DNA from: an uncultured Rickettsiales bacterium
Lineage (GTDB): Bacteria; Pseudomonadota; Alphaproteobacteria; Rickettsiales; SXRF01
Direction of reading: 5' to 3'
Length of the DNA stretch: 64,000 nucleotides
NCBI GenBank assembly: GCA_964645205.1
Contig: CAZYBO010000005.1
Location: 69,789-133,788, forward strand
Each line of letters opens with the position of its first letter. The stretch's first letter is position 1. The translations under genes and the position numbers were made by a program. Under the pieces are notes generated by a model. The model worked only from the letters and a program-made list of their open reading frames with translations. It ran no database searches and was not told the DNA's origin. This document shows positions 49,166-61,140 of the stretch, piece by piece.

Positions 49166-49996
49166 TTACAATGCCTTCGTAATCTTATCGTGCTCTTTCA
49201 GCAGCACGAGCAGGCGCTCCATATCGTCGAGCCGCATCATGCAGGGCCCGTCGGACGGTGCGTTGTCGGGGTCTTGGTGCGTTTCCATGAATAATCCCGC
49301 CACGCCGACTGCCACCGCAGCTTTGGCGAGGATGGGCACATATTGCCGCTGGCCGCCAGATGCACCGCCCTGCCCGCCGGGTTGCTGCACGCTGTGCGTG
49401 GCGTCGAACACCACCGGGCAGCCGGTTTGCGCCATGATCGGCAATGCACGCATATCGGTAACCAGCGTGTTGTAACCGAAGCTGGCGCCGCGCTCGGTGA
49501 GGATGACATTCGGGTTGCCCGCGTAATCCATTTTATCCACCGCGTTTTTCATATCCCACGGCGCAAGGAACTGGCCTTTTTTGATGTTGATAACCTTGTC
49601 GGTGCGCGCAGCCGCCAGCAGCATATCCGTCTGGCGCGAAAGAAAGGCGGGAATCTGCAAAATGTCCACATGCGGCGCAACCACTTCGCACTGCTCCTCG
49701 GTGTGCACATCGGTAAGCACCGGACAGCCCAGCTCCTCGCGAATTTCGTCGAAAATCGGCAGCGCCTTCACCAGCCCCACGCCGCGCTTACCCGCGATGC
49801 TCGTGCGGTTCGCCTTATCGTACGACGATTTGTAGATGAACGGGATGTCGAGCGTGTTGGTGAGCTTGATCAGCGCCTCAGCCATGAACAGCGTGTGGTC
49901 GCGGTTTTCCACCTGACATGGCCCCGCGATAAGCACAAACGGCATGTCGTTGCCGATGGTGATGTTGCCGATGGTGATGTGGCGAATAGCGGTCAT
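49166..49996 (-). CDS. kdsA: KDO-8-phosphate synthase
   Basis: [46 protein letters not shown]. Confidence 0.97.
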   Translation of the reverse strand: MTAIRHITIGNITIGNDMPFVLIAGPCQVENRDHTLFMAEALIKLTNTLDIPFIYKSSYDKANRTSIAGKRGVGLVKALPIFDEIREELGCPVLTDVHTEEQCEVVAPHVDILQIPAFLSRQTDMLLAAARTDKVINIKKGQFLAPWDMKNAVDKMDYAGNPNVILTERGASFGYNTLVTDMRALPIMAQTGCPVVFDATHSVQQPGGQGGASGGQRQYVPILAKAAVAVGVAGLFMETHQDPDNAPSDGPCMMRLDDMERLLVLLKEHDKITKAL

Positions 49997-50002
49997 ATCA
50001 GT

Positions 50003-50377
50003 CGTCATCCTGCGGGTTGCGAAGCAACAGCGCAGGATCTCTCCCCGGTGAGCCCGGAATAGAGATCAGCCCACGCAGGATTTTTTGTTTCGATAATAGA
50101 TAGTTTCTTTTCACGATGAATATTCTTCAACTTTTTCTCCGCTTCAATAGCAGCCACAATCGTTTCGTGACATTCGAACCAAACCAGCCGCGTGAGATTA
50201 TACCGTTTCGTGAAACCGGCAACCATCTTTTCTTTATGTTGCCATACACGTTTTACCAGATCGGATGTCACGCCAATGTAAATCGTCCCACGATAGCCAT
50301 TAGACATCATGTAAACATACCCGCCAACCATCGCTTCGGATCCTGTGCTCTTGCCTGCGGCAAGCCACAGGATGACG
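50003..50377. mobile_element. GIY-YIG cassette C bracketed by inverted CGTC hairpins
   Basis: Arms at 50003-50040 (CGTCATCCTGCGGGTTGCGAAGCAACAGCGCAGGATCT) and 50338-50377 (reverse complement CGTCATCCTGTGGCTTGCCGCAGGCAAGAGCACAGGATCC). Confidence 0.8.
50005..50331 (-). CDS. Short GIY-YIG nuclease (COG2827/YhbQ-like)
   Basis: GYVY..IYIGVT.DLVKRV.QHK..AIEAEK..KNPAW.DLY. The stop codon lies inside the hairpin arm. Confidence 0.92.
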   Translation of the reverse strand: MVGGYVYMMSNGYRGTIYIGVTSDLVKRVWQHKEKMVAGFTKRYNLTRLVWFECHETIVAAIEAEKKLKNIHREKKLSIIETKNPAWADLYSGLTGERSCAVASQPAG

Positions 50378-50381
50378 ATTT

Positions 50382-52425
<2,044 letters not shown>

Positions 52426-52447
52426 GTATTCTCCTAATGACCAAATA

Positions 52448-53161
52448 TCATCGAGCCGCAGCGATGATCCTGCCGAATTCGTCCGCCTTCAGGCTCGCAC
52501 CGCCTACCAGCACGCCGGAAACACCCGGCACGGCGAGGATGGATGCCGCGTTCGCCGCGTTAACCGAGCCGCCGTATAACACCGGGCGAGCTTTCACGAT
52601 GCCGGTAATATAGTCGTGCATCGCGCGAATGTCACCCTCTGTCGGCGTACGGCCAGAACCAATAGCCCAAACCGGCTCATATGCAAGTATAAAATACCCG
52701 TCCGGCAGGGATTCGCGCAACTGCTCCCCGACAATTTCCCGTTCCTTGCCCGCTTCGCGCTGGGCGAGCGTTTCCCCTATGCATATAATCGGCGTCAAAC
52801 CGGCCTTCAGCGCGGCCTGCGCCTTTTTTCGCACGTCTGCGCTGGTTTCGCCATGCAGCGTGCGGCGCTCGGAATGGCCGACGATCACATGCGTGCAGCC
52901 CACCGCTTTAAGCATCGGCGCGGAAATATCGCCGGTAAATGCGCCTTGCGCTTCCGCGTGGCAATCCTGCCCGCCTACTTTAACATGCGAACCGGCCAGC
53001 TCACCGCAAACCTGCGCCAGCAGAGGCGCGGGCGGGCATACCACCACCTGCACGCCCGGCGCGGGCGCGACCGCCGCCGCCGCATGGCAAAGCGCCGAGG
53101 CGAGCGCGGGGTCTCCGTGCATTTTCCAGTTACCGGCTATGATGGTTTCGCGTTGCGTCAT
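52448..53161 (-). CDS. tpiA: Triosephosphate isomerase
   Basis: AGNWKM, VGHSERR, AYEPVWAIG, LYGGSV, LVGGASL. Confidence 0.97.
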   Translation of the reverse strand: MTQRETIIAGNWKMHGDPALASALCHAAAAVAPAPGVQVVVCPPAPLLAQVCGELAGSHVKVGGQDCHAEAQGAFTGDISAPMLKAVGCTHVIVGHSERRTLHGETSADVRKKAQAALKAGLTPIICIGETLAQREAGKEREIVGEQLRESLPDGYFILAYEPVWAIGSGRTPTEGDIRAMHDYITGIVKARPVLYGGSVNAANAASILAVPGVSGVLVGGASLKADEFGRIIAAAR

Positions 53162-53260
53162 GGGTCTTGTCTAAATCATCAAAAACCGTTTTACAATCTC
53201 CATTTGTCGTGCAATTCTGCTGGCTGGCAATTTTTCTGAACCTTTTTCAAGCGCTTATTT

Positions 53261-55168
53261 ATGCTCAACCAAATACGTTCCCAAGCCGCCGGTATCGGCG
53301 CAAAGCTCCTGTTAGCCCTGCTGGTTCTCTCCTTTGCCGTATGGGGCATCGGCGACATGGCCGGCCAGTCCGGTCGTGGCGGGGCAGTCGCCACCGTGGG
53401 CAAGGAACGTATCTCCGTGGCCGCCTACCAGAATGCCGTGCGCCGGGAAACCGAGAACCTGCGCCGCGCGTTCGGCGATAAATATTCGCCGGAGCTGCTG
53501 AAAAGCCTGAACCTCGAAGTGCAGGCGCTCAACCCGATGATCAACCAGTCCCTGCTGGAGCAGGAAGGCCGCGCGCTGAAGCTGATTCCCTCCGACGCCG
53601 ACATCGTGCGCCGTATCCGCAGCAACGCCAACTACCATGACAGCAAAGGCGCGTTCGACCGCAAGCTGTTCGACGCCATGCTGAAAAACGCCGGGCTGTC
53701 GGAAAAAACCTATGTTGAGCAACTGCGCCGCGAAATAGCCGCCGGCATATTGATGGATACGATTTCCGGGAATTACAGGCCGCTGGACATCGCCATCACC
53801 ACCGTGCGCGAAACGCGGGAAGAACAGCGCGGCATCACACTCTACACGCTGAAACCCTCGCTGGTGAGCAACATGCTCGAGCCGGACAAGGCGACGCTTG
53901 AAGCCTATTACGCCGAACACGCCCGCGAATTCAGCGCGCCGGAAGCGCGCACGGCCAGCTACGTCACCCTCAAGAACGGCGACCTCCCCGACAAAGTGCA
54001 GGTTCCCGAAGCCGAGCTGCGCAAGGCGTATAACGAACATCTCGAAGAGTTCCGCCGCCCGGAACGCCGCGACCTCGAACAGTTGCTCTATAGCAGCGAG
54101 GATAACGCCAACAAAGCCTACGACCTGCTGAGGTCGGGCAAAACGGTGGCGCAGGCCGCCAAGCTGATCGGCGTTATCAATAAGGATTCCCTGTCGATGG
54201 ACAAAGTCGAGCGCGGCCAGTTGATCGAAGCGGCGGAAGAGTTAGTGTTCTCGCTCAAAGCGGGTGAATATACCGAACCACTGAAAAGTCCGTTCGGATG
54301 GCATATTTTCCGCGTGAAGAAAATTATCGCGCCTTCCGTCACCCCTTTTGAGGAAGCGCGCGTCGTGCTGGAAAAAGACCTTGCGCAAAAGCTGGCCGAT
54401 GAAGCGCTGGGCAAACTCGCCAACACGCTGGAAGATTCGCTGGCCGCCGGTAGCAGCCTGCAAGAAGCCGCGAAAGAACTCGGCTTGAAAGTGCATACCG
54501 TAGGCCCGGTGACCATGGAAGGAAAAACGCCTGAAGGCACGCTGTCCAAAGCCATTCCCGAACTTGATAAGTTCCTCGATACCGTGTTCAAGACCGATGA
54601 AAAAACCGAATCGTCGCTCATCACCTCGCGCGGCGGCGTATCGTATATCGTGCGCGTAGACAGCGTCACCCCTGAACGCACGCGCGAACTTTCCGAAGTG
54701 CGCGCCGCCGTGGTAGCCGCGTGGCAGATGGAGCATCGCGGCGAGCAACTGGCGAAACTCTCCGAAGAAATTGCAAAGAAAATGGCCGACCCCGCCACGC
54801 GCGGCGAAGCGATTGCGAAATACAACCTTAGCCCGAGCTATAACGGCGCGATCAAGCGTTCGTCGCGCAGCGCGGGCGACACGCAACTGCCGCCCGTGCT
54901 GGTGGCCGAGCTGTTCGCCGCGAAAAAAGGCGGCGGCACACGCGCCTATATGCTGAAATCCGGCGATTACGCGCTGGCGATTGCGGGCGCTGTCGTTCCC
55001 GCCGCGGCGACCGATAAAAGCAAAGCCGACAAAGCCGCGCTTGAAGAGATCGAACGTGAGTTGCGCACCAGTATGCGCAACGAGCTGGTCGAGCAATATC
55101 TGAATGCGCTGGGCAGAAAATATTCCGTCTCCATCGACCATGAACTCATAAAAGCCGCCGCCGAATAA
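53261..55168 (+). CDS. ppiD: PpiD-like periplasmic folding chaperone
   Basis: N-terminal TM (SFAVWGIGD), SurA-N-like domain, parvulin remnant KSPFGWHIFRV. Lies between tpiA and trpE. Confidence 0.88.
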   Translation: MLNQIRSQAAGIGAKLLLALLVLSFAVWGIGDMAGQSGRGGAVATVGKERISVAAYQNAVRRETENLRRAFGDKYSPELLKSLNLEVQALNPMINQSLLEQEGRALKLIPSDADIVRRIRSNANYHDSKGAFDRKLFDAMLKNAGLSEKTYVEQLRREIAAGILMDTISGNYRPLDIAITTVRETREEQRGITLYTLKPSLVSNMLEPDKATLEAYYAEHAREFSAPEARTASYVTLKNGDLPDKVQVPEAELRKAYNEHLEEFRRPERRDLEQLLYSSEDNANKAYDLLRSGKTVAQAAKLIGVINKDSLSMDKVERGQLIEAAEELVFSLKAGEYTEPLKSPFGWHIFRVKKIIAPSVTPFEEARVVLEKDLAQKLADEALGKLANTLEDSLAAGSSLQEAAKELGLKVHTVGPVTMEGKTPEGTLSKAIPELDKFLDTVFKTDEKTESSLITSRGGVSYIVRVDSVTPERTRELSEVRAAVVAAWQMEHRGEQLAKLSEEIAKKMADPATRGEAIAKYNLSPSYNGAIKRSSRSAGDTQLPPVLVAELFAAKKGGGTRAYMLKSGDYALAIAGAVVPAAATDKSKADKAALEEIERELRTSMRNELVEQYLNALGRKYSVSIDHELIKAAAE

Positions 55169-56688
55169 TGTCCGCTTCCGCAAAAGAGCCTACGATTTTC
55201 CCTGCGAAGGACGTATTCACGCAGCATTTCAACCACGCCATATCGCAACTCGTATGGGCGACCTGCCCTGCCGATCTTATCACGCCGGTAGCCGCCATGC
55301 TCCGGCTGATGGACGAGAAAAGCCCGTCCTTCCTGCTGGAGTCGGTTGAAAAAGGTGAAATACGCGGGCGTTATTCCGTCATCGGCCTCATGCCCGACCT
55401 CATCTGGCGCTGCAAGGGCGACAAGGCGGAAATCTGCTACCACGACCGCATCGATGATGCACGTTTCAAGCCGTGCGACGAGCCCGGCCTGCAATCGCTG
55501 CGCACGCTCTATGAAGCGTCCAAGATCGACATCCCCGACGGCCTGCCGCCTATGGCCGCCGGTCTCGTCGGCTATATGAGCTATGACATGGTGCGCCAGA
55601 TGGAAAGCCTCGGAGAAGGGAAATCCGATAGTATCGGCGTGCCCGACGGCTGCTTCATCCGCCCCAAGCTGATGGTGATTTTCGACGCGGTGACCGACCG
55701 CATGTTCATCGTCACCGCAATCTGGGCGGATACGAAACGCGGCGACGCGAACGCCGCCTACGACGCCGCCGTCAAGCGCATCCACCATGTTATCGATACG
55801 CTCGCCGCACCCTTTGCGCTCCCCGAATCCAAAGGCGCCAAGGCGGTGAAGATGAGCGATTTCGTCTCCAACACCACGCGCCCCGAGTACGACAGGATGA
55901 TCGACGACGCGAAGGAGCACATCCGCGCGGGCGATATTTTCCAGGTCGTGCTGTCGCAGCGTTTTTCCGCGCCGTTCAGCCTGCCCCCCTTCTCGCTCTA
56001 CCGCGCACTGCGCCAGCTCAACCCGTCGCCGTTTTTGTTTTATTTGCATTTCGGCGAGTACACGCTGGTCGGCTCCAGCCCGGAAATCCTCGTGCGGTTG
56101 CGCGATGGCGAAGTCACCATCCGCCCCATCGCAGGCACGCGCAAACGCGGGCATGACCGGCATGAGGACGAATTGCTGGCGAAAGACCTGCTCTCCGATC
56201 CCAAGGAAATTTCCGAGCATCTCATGCTGCTCGATCTGGGCCGCAACGATGTCGGCCGCGTATCCAAAATCGGTTCGGTAAAAACCACGCAGCGCATGAC
56301 GATTGAAAATTACAGCCACGTCATGCATATCGTCTCCAACGTCGTCGGCGAAATCGACCCGCGCTACGACGCACTGTCGGCGCTCATCGCAGGCTTCCCC
56401 GCAGGCACCGTATCCGGCGCGCCGAAAGTGCGCGCCATGCAGATCATCGACGAGTTGGAAAAAGAACGCCGCAGCTTCTACGGCGGCTGCATCGGCTATT
56501 TCTCCGGCAACGGGAATATGGACACCGCCATTGCACTACGCACCGGCCTGATCAAAGACGGCAAACTGCATGTGCAGGCCGGCGGCGGCATCGTCGCCGA
56601 AAGCGAAACCCAGGCCGAATTCGAGGAATCCACCAACAAAGCCCGCGCCTTGATGCGGGCGGCGGAAGAGGCTATAAAGTTCGTATGA
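55168..56688 (+). CDS. trpE: Anthranilate synthase component I
   Basis: FLLESVE, GDIFQVVLSQRF, LNPSPF, PIAGTRKRG, FPAGTVSGAPK. Confidence 0.97.
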   Translation: MSASAKEPTIFPAKDVFTQHFNHAISQLVWATCPADLITPVAAMLRLMDEKSPSFLLESVEKGEIRGRYSVIGLMPDLIWRCKGDKAEICYHDRIDDARFKPCDEPGLQSLRTLYEASKIDIPDGLPPMAAGLVGYMSYDMVRQMESLGEGKSDSIGVPDGCFIRPKLMVIFDAVTDRMFIVTAIWADTKRGDANAAYDAAVKRIHHVIDTLAAPFALPESKGAKAVKMSDFVSNTTRPEYDRMIDDAKEHIRAGDIFQVVLSQRFSAPFSLPPFSLYRALRQLNPSPFLFYLHFGEYTLVGSSPEILVRLRDGEVTIRPIAGTRKRGHDRHEDELLAKDLLSDPKEISEHLMLLDLGRNDVGRVSKIGSVKTTQRMTIENYSHVMHIVSNVVGEIDPRYDALSALIAGFPAGTVSGAPKVRAMQIIDELEKERRSFYGGCIGYFSGNGNMDTAIALRTGLIKDGKLHVQAGGGIVAESETQAEFEESTNKARALMRAAEEAIKFV

Positions 56689-57257
56689 AAATCCTCCTCC
56701 TCGATAATTACGACAGCTTTACTTACAACCTGCTGCATTATATCGGCGAGCTGGGCGCGGAAGTTGTCGTCTATCGCAATGATAAAATCAGCGTCGATGA
56801 GGTAATGAAAATAAAGCCAAACGGCATCGTCATCTCCCCCGGTCCAGGCGCGCCGAAGGAATCGGGCATCTGTTTAGACCTCATCAAAAAAGCCTCCGGC
56901 AGCATCCCGATTTTCGGGGTGTGCTTAGGCCAGCAAGCCATCGGTGAAGCGTTCGGCGGAAAAGTTATTCGCGCACCGAAGCCGATGCACGGCAAAGTCA
57001 GCGAGATTTACCACGAAGGCCGCACCCTGTTCAAAGGCCTGCCCGTGCCGTTCAAAGCCACGCGCTACCACTCGCTCATCGTCGAGCGCGAGTCGCTTCC
57101 CGATTGTTTAGAGGTCACGGCGATTACTGCCGAAGACGGTCTCATCATGGGGCTTTCGCACAAAACCCACAATACCCACGGCGTACAGTTCCACCCGGAA
57201 TCCATCGCGTCGGAGCAAGGCCATGAGTTGATAAAGAATTTCCTCGACGGAGTATAA
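56685..57257 (+). CDS. trpG: Anthranilate synthase component II (glutamine amidotransferase)
   Basis: DNYDSFTYNL, SPGPG, GVCLGQQ, RYHSL, QFHPES. Confidence 0.96.
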   Translation: MKILLLDNYDSFTYNLLHYIGELGAEVVVYRNDKISVDEVMKIKPNGIVISPGPGAPKESGICLDLIKKASGSIPIFGVCLGQQAIGEAFGGKVIRAPKPMHGKVSEIYHEGRTLFKGLPVPFKATRYHSLIVERESLPDCLEVTAITAEDGLIMGLSHKTHNTHGVQFHPESIASEQGHELIKNFLDGV

Positions 57258-57259
57258 GC

Positions 57260-58288
57260 ATGACCACCCCCATGCACGATATTCTCACCCTGCTCGCCGA
57301 ACGCAAGAACCTGACGCAGGACGCGGCCGTGCGCGCGTTCCAGATCATCATGAACGGCGGCGCGACGCCAGCGCAGATGGCGGCATTTATGATGGGCTTG
57401 CGCATGAAGGGCGAAACGGCGGAGGAAATTACCGGCGGGGCGATCGCCCTGCGTGCGAAAGCGCCGCATGTGAAGGTGCCTGCAGGTGCGATCGACACAT
57501 GCGGCACGGGCGGCGACGCCAAGGGCACGTACAATATTTCCACCGCCGTGGCGTTCGTGCTGGCGGCCTGCGGCGTACCGGTGGCCAAGCACGGCAACCG
57601 CTCGGTATCCTCGCAATCCGGCTCCGCCGACGTGTTGGCGATGCTCGGCGTGAATATCAATGCGGAAATCCCGGTGCTGCTGCGCTGCCTCGAGCAGTGC
57701 AATATCTGCTTCCTGATGGCGCCGCGCTTCCACACCGCCATGCGCCATGTCGCCCCGCTACGGCAGGAGCTTGGGCTGCGCACCGTATTCAACTTGCTTG
57801 GCCCCCTCTCCAACCCTGCCACGCCCGACTTTCAGTTACTCGGTGTTTATTCGGAAAACTGGCTGGAGCCGATGGCACATGCGCTGAAGTCGCTCGGCGT
57901 CAAAGCCGCTTGGGTCGTGCATGGCAGCGACGGGCTGGACGAACTTACGCTGTCGGGCACCTCGCAAGTCGCCGAACTGAAAGACGGCAACGTGCGCCGT
58001 TTCGACATCACCCCTGAAGATGCCGGCCTCGCGCGCGCGTCCATCGACGAGCTCAGGGGACAATCCCCCGAATACAACGCCAACGCCCTGCAACACGCGC
58101 TCTCCGGCGCCGACAGCGCCTACCGCCGCGCCGTACTGCTCAACGCGAGCGCCGGTTTGATCGTCGCGGGCAAAGCCGCCGACCTCAAAGCAGGCGTAGC
58201 ACTCGCCGCCGCCGCCATCGATTCGGGTGATGCGTATAAGGTTCTCAAAAAGCTGGTCGATGTGAGCAATACTAAAGTGTCATCCTGA
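57260..58288 (+). CDS. trpD: Anthranilate phosphoribosyltransferase
   Basis: DTCGTGGD, NISTA, KHGNRSVSSQSGSAD, HGSDGLDE. The stop codon lies inside a hairpin arm. Confidence 0.97.
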   Translation: MTTPMHDILTLLAERKNLTQDAAVRAFQIIMNGGATPAQMAAFMMGLRMKGETAEEITGGAIALRAKAPHVKVPAGAIDTCGTGGDAKGTYNISTAVAFVLAACGVPVAKHGNRSVSSQSGSADVLAMLGVNINAEIPVLLRCLEQCNICFLMAPRFHTAMRHVAPLRQELGLRTVFNLLGPLSNPATPDFQLLGVYSENWLEPMAHALKSLGVKAAWVVHGSDGLDELTLSGTSQVAELKDGNVRRFDITPEDAGLARASIDELRGQSPEYNANALQHALSGADSAYRRAVLLNASAGLIVAGKAADLKAGVALAAAAIDSGDAYKVLKKLVDVSNTKVSS

Positions 58289-58631
58289 GCGTAGCGAAGG
58301 ATCTGGCCGTTTATGCTAATCTACTACGTTTATATACTCACGAGCCCCAATAACAGGGTTATGTATATTGGCGTTACGAACAACCTTGAACGCCGTGTAT
58401 GGGAGCATAAATCTAAAGCCGTATCTGGATTTACCCAAAAATATAATGTGACAAAATTGGTATATTTTGAAGAATGCTCCGATATTATGTCGGCGATTGC
58501 TCGCGAAAAACAGATTAAAGGCTGGCTACGAAAAAAGAAAGATGCGCTGGTAGAAGTCACCAACCCGGAATGGAAAGATATAAGCGTGGAATGGTACGCA
58601 AGTGAGATCCTTCGCTGCGCTCAGGATGACA
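58278..58631. mobile_element. GIY-YIG cassette B bracketed by inverted TGTC hairpins
   Basis: Arms at 58278-58304 (TGTCATCCTGAGCGTAGCGAAGGATCT) and 58605-58631 (AGATCCTTCGCTGCGCTCAGGATGACA), 26/27 inverted match. Confidence 0.82.
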
Positions 58632-58636
58632 AGTAA
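58313..58636 (+). CDS. Short GIY-YIG nuclease (COG2827/YhbQ-like)
   Basis: YYVY..MYIGVTNNLERR.WEHK..AIAREK.IKGW..TNPEWKD. The C-terminal EILRCAQDDK is encoded by the right arm. Confidence 0.92.
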   Translation: MLIYYVYILTSPNNRVMYIGVTNNLERRVWEHKSKAVSGFTQKYNVTKLVYFEECSDIMSAIAREKQIKGWLRKKKDALVEVTNPEWKDISVEWYASEILRCAQDDK

Positions 58637-58637
58637 C

Positions 58638-59432
58638 ATGACAGACACCCTCGCCGCCATCTGTGCCGCCAAGCGTGAGCACATCGCCAAGCGCAAGGCC
58701 GCCGCACCGGAAGGCCGCATACTGGAGGAGGCGCAGCGCGCCTTGCCCGCACGCGGATTCAGACGGGCGTTGCAGGAAAAGCAAAACAACAAAAAATTCG
58801 GTCTCATCGCGGAAATCAAAAAGGCCTCACCGAGCAAGGGCATCATCCGCGCGGATTTCGACCCCGCGGCACTGGCGAAGGCATATGAAGAAGGCGGCGC
58901 GGCGTGCCTTTCCGTGCTCACCGACGAGCCGTATTTTCAGGGTAGCGATGCGTATCTCGCGCAGGCGCGAAACGCCGTGGGCCTGCCGGTGCTGCGCAAG
59001 GATTTTATGCTCGATCCGTACCAGATCATTGAATCGCGCGCGCTTGGAGCGGATTGTATCCTGCTCATCATGGCCGCCCTGTCCGACGCGCAGGCGAAAG
59101 AACTGGACGAAGCCGCCACAAAACTTGGTATGGACACGCTGGTCGAAGTACACGACGAATATGAGATGGAACGCGCGGTTATGCACCTGCGCCCTGCCCT
59201 GCTTGGCATCAATAACCGCAACCTGAAAACGCTGAAGGTAGACATCGAAACCTCGCGGCGGTTGGCAGCACGGCTCCCAAAGGACGTAACCGGCGTGTGC
59301 GAAAGCGGTATTGAAACGCACCGCGATCTGCTGTATCTCCGGGAAAGCGGTTTTACCTGTTTCCTCGTCGGCGAATCGCTGATGCGGCAGGCGGATGTGA
59401 CGAAAGCGACTCGAACCCTGTTGGGAGGATAG
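58638..59432 (+). CDS. trpC: Indole-3-glycerol-phosphate synthase
   Basis: IAEIKKASPSKG, SVLTD, LRKDF, GINNRNL, ESGI. Confidence 0.97.
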   Translation: MTDTLAAICAAKREHIAKRKAAAPEGRILEEAQRALPARGFRRALQEKQNNKKFGLIAEIKKASPSKGIIRADFDPAALAKAYEEGGAACLSVLTDEPYFQGSDAYLAQARNAVGLPVLRKDFMLDPYQIIESRALGADCILLIMAALSDAQAKELDEAATKLGMDTLVEVHDEYEMERAVMHLRPALLGINNRNLKTLKVDIETSRRLAARLPKDVTGVCESGIETHRDLLYLRESGFTCFLVGESLMRQADVTKATRTLLGG

Positions 59433-59433
59433 C

Positions 59434-60114
59434 ATGGATCAGATGATGGATGTGCAGGATTGCGCGGCGCTCGCATTTTTTCTCCTGTGCTGGATCGGCT
59501 ACACGAAATATACCGAACTGCACGGCAACAGCGAGAACAGCCTGCTCGCCGCCACCAACCGCTACCGCCTGCAATGGATGCGTGAAATGCTCAAGCGCGA
59601 CAACCGCACGATGGATTCCATCATGGTGGGAAATCTCCTGCGCAGCATTTCGTTTTTCGCCAACACCACGATCTTTATCCTGCTCGGCCTGATGACGATG
59701 CTCGGCTACCACGACCGTGCGGCAAGCATCCTCGGCACCATCCCGTTCGTGAAGCCGACTTACGGCTTCGTGTGGGAAATAAAAATCTTCCTGCTCATCA
59801 TCATCTTTATCTATGCGTTCTTTAAATATACATGGTCGCTGCGCCAGTATAATTACGCAGGCATCTATATCGTGGCCGCACCGCCAAGCCGCGAACGCGT
59901 CGAGGAACACGACACGATCGCGGCCAAAGGCGCATACCTCGTAAGCAATGCGGCGGCGCATTTCAACAACGGCCTGCGCGCCTATTATTTCGGGCTGGCG
60001 GCGCTCGGCTGGTTTATCCACCCGCTGGTGCTGATGGCGGCTACCGCATGGGTCGTGTTCGTGACCTATCGTCGCGAATACCGCTCCGGCACCCTGAAAA
60101 ACCTCAATCGCTAA
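59434..60114 (+). CDS. DUF599-family membrane protein
   Basis: YRLQWM..ML.RDNR, SFFANTTI, FFKYTWSLRQYNY, FNNGLRAYYF. Confidence 0.88.
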   Translation: MDQMMDVQDCAALAFFLLCWIGYTKYTELHGNSENSLLAATNRYRLQWMREMLKRDNRTMDSIMVGNLLRSISFFANTTIFILLGLMTMLGYHDRAASILGTIPFVKPTYGFVWEIKIFLLIIIFIYAFFKYTWSLRQYNYAGIYIVAAPPSRERVEEHDTIAAKGAYLVSNAAAHFNNGLRAYYFGLAALGWFIHPLVLMAATAWVVFVTYRREYRSGTLKNLNR

Positions 60115-61140
60115 ATGGCAAAACGCCCGTGGGACGATTTCAGCTCCGTGCGCCTTGCGCCTCACGCGCGCGCCGTCGAACCTGCGGAATTGGTGGATAT
60201 GGCCGATTACCGCAAGGCAGAGCGCATGGAGGCCTGCAACGGCTGTGACCCGATCCGCATCGTGCTCGCCTACGCGCAGGATGAATTGATCTATGACGGC
60301 GGCGATAACCCTGTCCCAGTAAGTGTGGCAGAATACGGCGTGACGCCGCGCGAACGACGCCTGAATAAATTCGGTCTCGCCTACCGCCGCGCGGCGAAAT
60401 TTTACCTGCACCGGACACTTGCCGACATCGTAATCGGCGCCGCGATCCGCCTTTACAAAACGCAAGGCTGGACGACCGTGCTGTATGACGGGCTGCGCAC
60501 GATGGAAGGCGCATACAAACTCTACTGCTTCGCCAGCGACGACGATATCAAAAACGGCCTGCTCGCCCTGCCCGGCCAGAGCGCGCACAATAAAGGCCTG
60601 GCGGTTGACAGCATGATGGAGCAAAACGGCCGCGAACTGGACATGGGGGGGCATTTCGACCATCTCGACATGTCCACCAACATTCGCACCTATAACGGCG
60701 CACGCATTACCGAAGAAGCGAAAAAAAATCGCCTCATCCGCGAGGCGGCGTTTTTATATTCCGCCTTCACGCAAGGCCTGCTGGTCGCACCGCTGCGCAA
60801 CGAATTCTGGGACGACCGACTGCCGGAAAACCGCGAGGATTTATGGCGCGTGCTGGATTCCGCCGCGCGTTGCCTCGGCATCACGCTTTTATCGGAAGAC
60901 GACGAAATCCTGCGCAAGGCCAACCGCCCAGCATTTTATGCGAAATGGGAATCGTGGGATTATGCGCGCTTCCTCGCCGAATGGAAAAAAACTTTTGCAG
61001 GCCGCGAAGCCACGTTAAGCGAACTGTTGGGCGTATCGCATCCCCCGCTTACGGAAAAACCGGAATTCTATCACGGGAACTATCACCCGATTTATGATCG
61101 GGATTTGAAGGACTACGGAAAAAACCTTACGACGGCATGA
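60115..61140 (+). CDS. VanX/DdpX-like (peptidase M15D) D-Ala-D-Ala dipeptidase homolog
   Basis: LYDGLR, SAHNKGLAVD (SxHxxGxAxD), LDMGGHFD, and EFWD in place of EWWH. Confidence 0.7.
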   Translation: MAKRPWDDFSSVRLAPHARAVEPAELVDMADYRKAERMEACNGCDPIRIVLAYAQDELIYDGGDNPVPVSVAEYGVTPRERRLNKFGLAYRRAAKFYLHRTLADIVIGAAIRLYKTQGWTTVLYDGLRTMEGAYKLYCFASDDDIKNGLLALPGQSAHNKGLAVDSMMEQNGRELDMGGHFDHLDMSTNIRTYNGARITEEAKKNRLIREAAFLYSAFTQGLLVAPLRNEFWDDRLPENREDLWRVLDSAARCLGITLLSEDDEILRKANRPAFYAKWESWDYARFLAEWKKTFAGREATLSELLGVSHPPLTEKPEFYHGNYHPIYDRDLKDYGKNLTTA

